Source: Okamejei kenojei (Eukaryota). Taken from it: a stretch of 64,000 bases of DNA. The position numbers and the translations under genes were made by a program. Where the stretch lies: NCBI GenBank assembly GCA_035221665.1, contig CM069160.1, forward strand, positions 15,252,001-15,316,000, given 5' to 3'. The notes under the pieces are model-generated. The model was not told where the DNA came from, did not search any database, and was given only the letters and a program-made list of their open reading frames with translations. Below, piece after piece: positions 59,939 through 64,000 of the stretch (its first letter is position 1; every line of letters begins with the position of its first letter).

Positions 59939-62900
59939 CTGCGAAATAGAAAAGCAGAGCATCAAATGCCCCCTGTTGGACCGAAGATAAACACGAAACG
60001 CTGGAGATAACTCAAAACCGCTGTTCTTTGTTCCAACGTCAAATCATCACCCATTCCTTCTCGTTTAACAAAGAAAGTCCACTCCTCGTCATCATGTGCT
60101 AGATTGGGGCTCATACAATTTAAAGTTTTACACAGGGTTCAATTTAAGCAAAGCCAGGCTTGCTAACATATATCCAGGGAACGACGCTGCTTGTGACAGG
60201 TGCTCGTGCTCTCTCCAGCCAATCTACTCATGCATTCTGTCTTGCCCCAAAACTTGTAACTACTGGGCAGTGGTTTTTAAAACCATCAGTGAAGTCCTTG
60301 GGATGACAGTGAGACCTTGCCCGCTTGTAGCTGTATTTGGTGTAGCAGATAAAACCTTGGGTTTAAATACAACCCATCGTGATATCATTACATTTACATC
60401 ACTTTTGGCCTGTAGGAGAATCTTGCTGATCTGAAATCTAACAGTCCTCCATCTGCCGCTGCTTGGCTGGAAACGTCTTATTTTTTTTAAGGTTAAAAAG
60501 ATTAAATTCACATTTGAGGGGGTCTGTGAAAAAGTTTTATTTGAAATGGGAACCCTTTTTATCCTACTTTGAGGGTCTAAAGGAACTACATGTTGACTGA
60601 GGGCACTTGACATTAAGTGGGGATCTGCCTTTATTTTGTTTTGTTAATTTATTATTGTTAAAAAGTGCATTTGATTTTGTAATATATTTGGATTGTGAAA
60701 AAATAAGCTGCCAAGGGGCATTTAGGGAGGGTGGGTTAGGATTAATTTGTTTATATTATTATTATTATTATTTATAAAAAAACAAAATGGAGGAAAATGT
60801 AATGCTATACATCAGATGTACTGTGAATTTTTTTTTTCCGCTCCAATAAAAAACTATTAATTTAAAGAAAGAACTGCAGATGCTTGTGATATCGAAGGTA
60901 GACACAAAATGCAGGAGAAACTCAGCGGGTGAGACAGTATCTATGGAGAGAAGGAATGGGCGACGTTTCTGGTCGAGATCCTTCTTCAGTCTGAAGGTCA
61001 GTCTGAAGAAGGGTCTCGACCTGAAACGTCACATATTCCTTGAAGTTGGCTGAAGGCCGGCGAGAGAGAGAATGCGAAAGAAATACTAAATAACATGAGT
61101 GACCTGAATGAGGGACTTACCTGCAAGCCACCCAGGAAAACCATTTGACTGGATTCCTTAATAACCTAACCCATTTAAATCTGATACCCGTTTAAATCTT
61201 TCCCATCCACCAATACATCCAATTAGTTCAAATGGTAATTCTACCCGCATCAGACAGTTTTCAAACACAATTGTTGACACATCATGTTAATACGATGTTA
61301 ATAGAGACATTTAACAAGTGCTTAACAGTGACACCCCTGTTAATCCTGGCCAAATTTGAGAGGATAGGACATTAAAATGGGGTAAAAGCTTCAGGGCTGC
61401 TGGGAGATTTTGTCAATTTGGAATTTCTCTCTGCAGGGTTGGGACAAGCTGCGGAGTGGTGCCAGTGTGTCTAGAGCCTAGATACAAGTTGCAAGAAAAG
61501 AATAAGAACATCTGCAGACCCTGTCAATTAGATGCAAAATTCATAGAAAGGATTGGATGGCTGCAAACCAGACATACACATTGTAATTAATTGTAAATAA
61601 TGTTTGGGTATGCCGAGTGTTGATTGTATGAGGTATTGAGCCTTGTCCGGGTTTCTTGCAGATCAGGGTAAATGTTTCGAAGTTGGCTTCCTTGAGAAGT
61701 TCGGTTTGAATACATTGTTTTAGCCGCTGTATTATTGGGTTAGGGAAATGTCTGTTATGTATGAGGTTAATCGATATCCGTAATTGGATTATTAAGATAC
61801 CACCCTCGTTTGGTTCGGCCCATCGAGGTCCCGGGACATATAAAAGTCTGCTGCGCTAGGCCCCGCATCGACCTTCTGGGAGAGCGCTTGGGACTAAAGA
61901 TCCTATAGCGAGCAAGATAGTCCACTCGACGAAAAAGACGTAGTAGGGTCATGGGCAGAGTCATGGGTAATCATCGGTCCCATTTCCATAACCGGCTTCC
62001 ATCTACGCACCAAAGATCCCATAGCGGAGCAATGATACTAGTGCGGAGATGGAAGCTGGTTACGGAAACATCCTCATAAAAATCAAAGATCTTTGGTAAA
62101 AATCTTCTCCTCATTTTCTTTCTGCCTCTCTGCCTCACAATAAAAAGCAAAAAGGTGCGTATGTTCTTTCCACAGCGTCTGGGAAGTCTGGCCGGGATCA
62201 GCATGGCTGGGATGCCAGGCTAAAGTTGCGGGGAGAATTGCAATGTATTTTTAACAGAATTATAATTTATTAACATATTAATCATTAACCAAAATATAAC
62301 AATTATGAATTGACAAAATTATGAATTATGAATCTAACCATATATCACACCTACAAACTGTTCCCCCGCAATGCTGATTACACTGCGAGAGGGACATACA
62401 AAGTCGGGTCGAGTTACTGAAATGGCCGAAGAAATGGCCCACGTTCAGCTCCATTGCGTACTACTCGTCAGCCCATTGGATTTAACAGGAGTGGACTATT
62501 TTGCTCACTACAGGATCTTTGCTTGGGACTGTGTGACCCTCTGGAGAGTCTCTGCTTGAGCGAGGCCTAGAGGGTACAGTTGAACTGTAATTGCGCTTTG
62601 TTAAAATAAAGATTAGTTGTTCAAGTGCCTGATTCAGTGTTTCTGACTGAAACTAGACTGGGGAGAAGCCTAGAACGAACAATTTACATGGTGACACATC
62701 ATGTTAATACGATGTTAATAGAGACATTTAACAAGTGCTTAACAGTGACACCCCCACTGTCTTGTGGAAAGCGGAGATTTTAATTTTTTTTCACCGAAAT
62801 TCAAAATCCAGATTACAAAACATGGGGGGGGATTGTCCCCCACCTCTCAAAACATGGGGGGGAGGGGGGGGGGGGGGGGGGGGGGACGCCCTCCAGGATT

Positions 62901-63192
62901 TCATGCCTTCCTACACTGTAGATGCAACATGCCTTTGGATGTCGTTGCCTGAGGAAATACCTTGTTTTTAATCGACTAGTTTTATGGATCAGTCACATGT
63001 CTCTCTCACTCGATTTGATTGATTGAAGGATACAACATGGAAATCTAGTGACCATAAATACGGGCATTTGATAATAGTGTCTCATTCACTCACTCATTCA
63101 CTCACTCACTCATTTATTTTTTAACTTCTGTCGCGGGCTGTGGGTCTGATTTGCCCTCCCGCTGCCCTAGAGATAGCGGAGTGGTCACTTAC

Positions 63193-63522
63193 CGTTCACC
63201 GTGAGAAACGTCCCTGTCCCACATGCCTCGCTCATCATGGTTTTCACCTGACAGACATACAGACCGGAATCGTTAATCCGCACGTTATTCAATTGTATAG
63301 AAACGTCCATGTCTGTAGACGGTGCATCCGGCGCTTTGACACGACCTCTGTATTCTCCGGTATAATTGGAAACAGACATCCCGTTTGTGGCTCCCTTGAA
63401 CCAATTGTAGGCCCATATGTGATCCGTGGCGTTGTGACTACACGGGAGAATCACCGTGTCACCTTCAGTGGCCACAATGGTGGACGTGTCCTGAATGACC
63501 ACGATCTTCTCAGCGACAACAC
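63193..63522 (-). CDS. Exon V1b, second copy, intact (in-frame 9-nt deletion)
   Basis: 330 nt open frame, ccgcag| and G|gtaagt; ...DSGLYVCQVKTMMSEACGTGTFLTVN. Confidence 0.92.
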
Positions 63523-64000
63523 CTGCGGGCGGCAAGCAAAGTCTACTTGGTACTTGGGACCCGCTGGTTACACGGTCCCTCACGGGCCCGACCAGAGACG
63601 TTGCCTGTCCATGTTCTCCAGAGATGCTCACTGGCCCGCTGAGCTACTCCAGCACTTTGTGTCCTCTTGTGTACAGTCACAGAGTGGCACCGCGTGGAAA
63701 CAGCCCCCCCCCCCCCCACCACCCCCCCCCCCAGCCCAACTTGCCCACACCGACCAACAATAGACAACAGGTGCAGGAGTAGGCCATTCGGCCCTTCGTA
63801 CCAATACCGCCATTCAATGTGATCATGGCTGATCATCCCCAATCAGTACCCAGTTCCTGCCTTCTCCCCATATCCCCTGACTCCGCTATCTTTAAGAGCC
63901 CTATCTAGCTCTCTCTTGAAAGCATCCAGAGAACCTGCCTCCACCTGCCTCCACCTCTGAGGCAGAGAATTCCACAGACTGAGGAAGAGAATTCCACATC

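Larger units (their letters stand above)
59060..64000 (-). repeat. Inverted copy of ~13300-18760
   Basis: Identical or near-identical ORF translations on opposite strands (15248..15445 vs 61767..61964; 13714..14121 vs 63185..63631). Confidence 0.95.

Overview
Eukaryotic, repeat-dense vertebrate DNA with five N gaps. The repeat families (HE1-like tRNA SINEs, HER1/CR1 LINEs) point to a cartilaginous fish, probably a skate or ray (inference). The host-gene content is a duplicated immunoglobulin-superfamily receptor gene built from germline-joined VJ-type domains, NKp30/NCR3-like. Copy A reads leader (10706) - V1a (12217) - V1b (13775) - V2 (17821) - transmembrane exon (20632), all with phase-1 introns, and has an unusual Glu in the TM helix. 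A second copy lies in a segmental duplication: 32915-58316 in direct orientation, plus an inverted or mis-oriented block at 58817-64000. The rest is mobile DNA: Tc1, Rex1, L1, a near full-length CR1, a Gypsy fragment, an LTR, a MITE, and Penelope-derived elements carrying minimal hammerhead-ribozyme cores. A 14-kb nest comprises Helitron > Helitron with a 72/76-bp satellite > decayed DIRS with perfect ends > second DIRS. Several stretches (about 40-44 kb, 52-60 kb, V1a) have many single-base indels that look like unpolished long-read sequence, so frameshifts there cannot be taken as true pseudogenisation. All calls are by eye, no database search was run, and repeat boundaries are approximate unless TSD/TIR coordinates are given.
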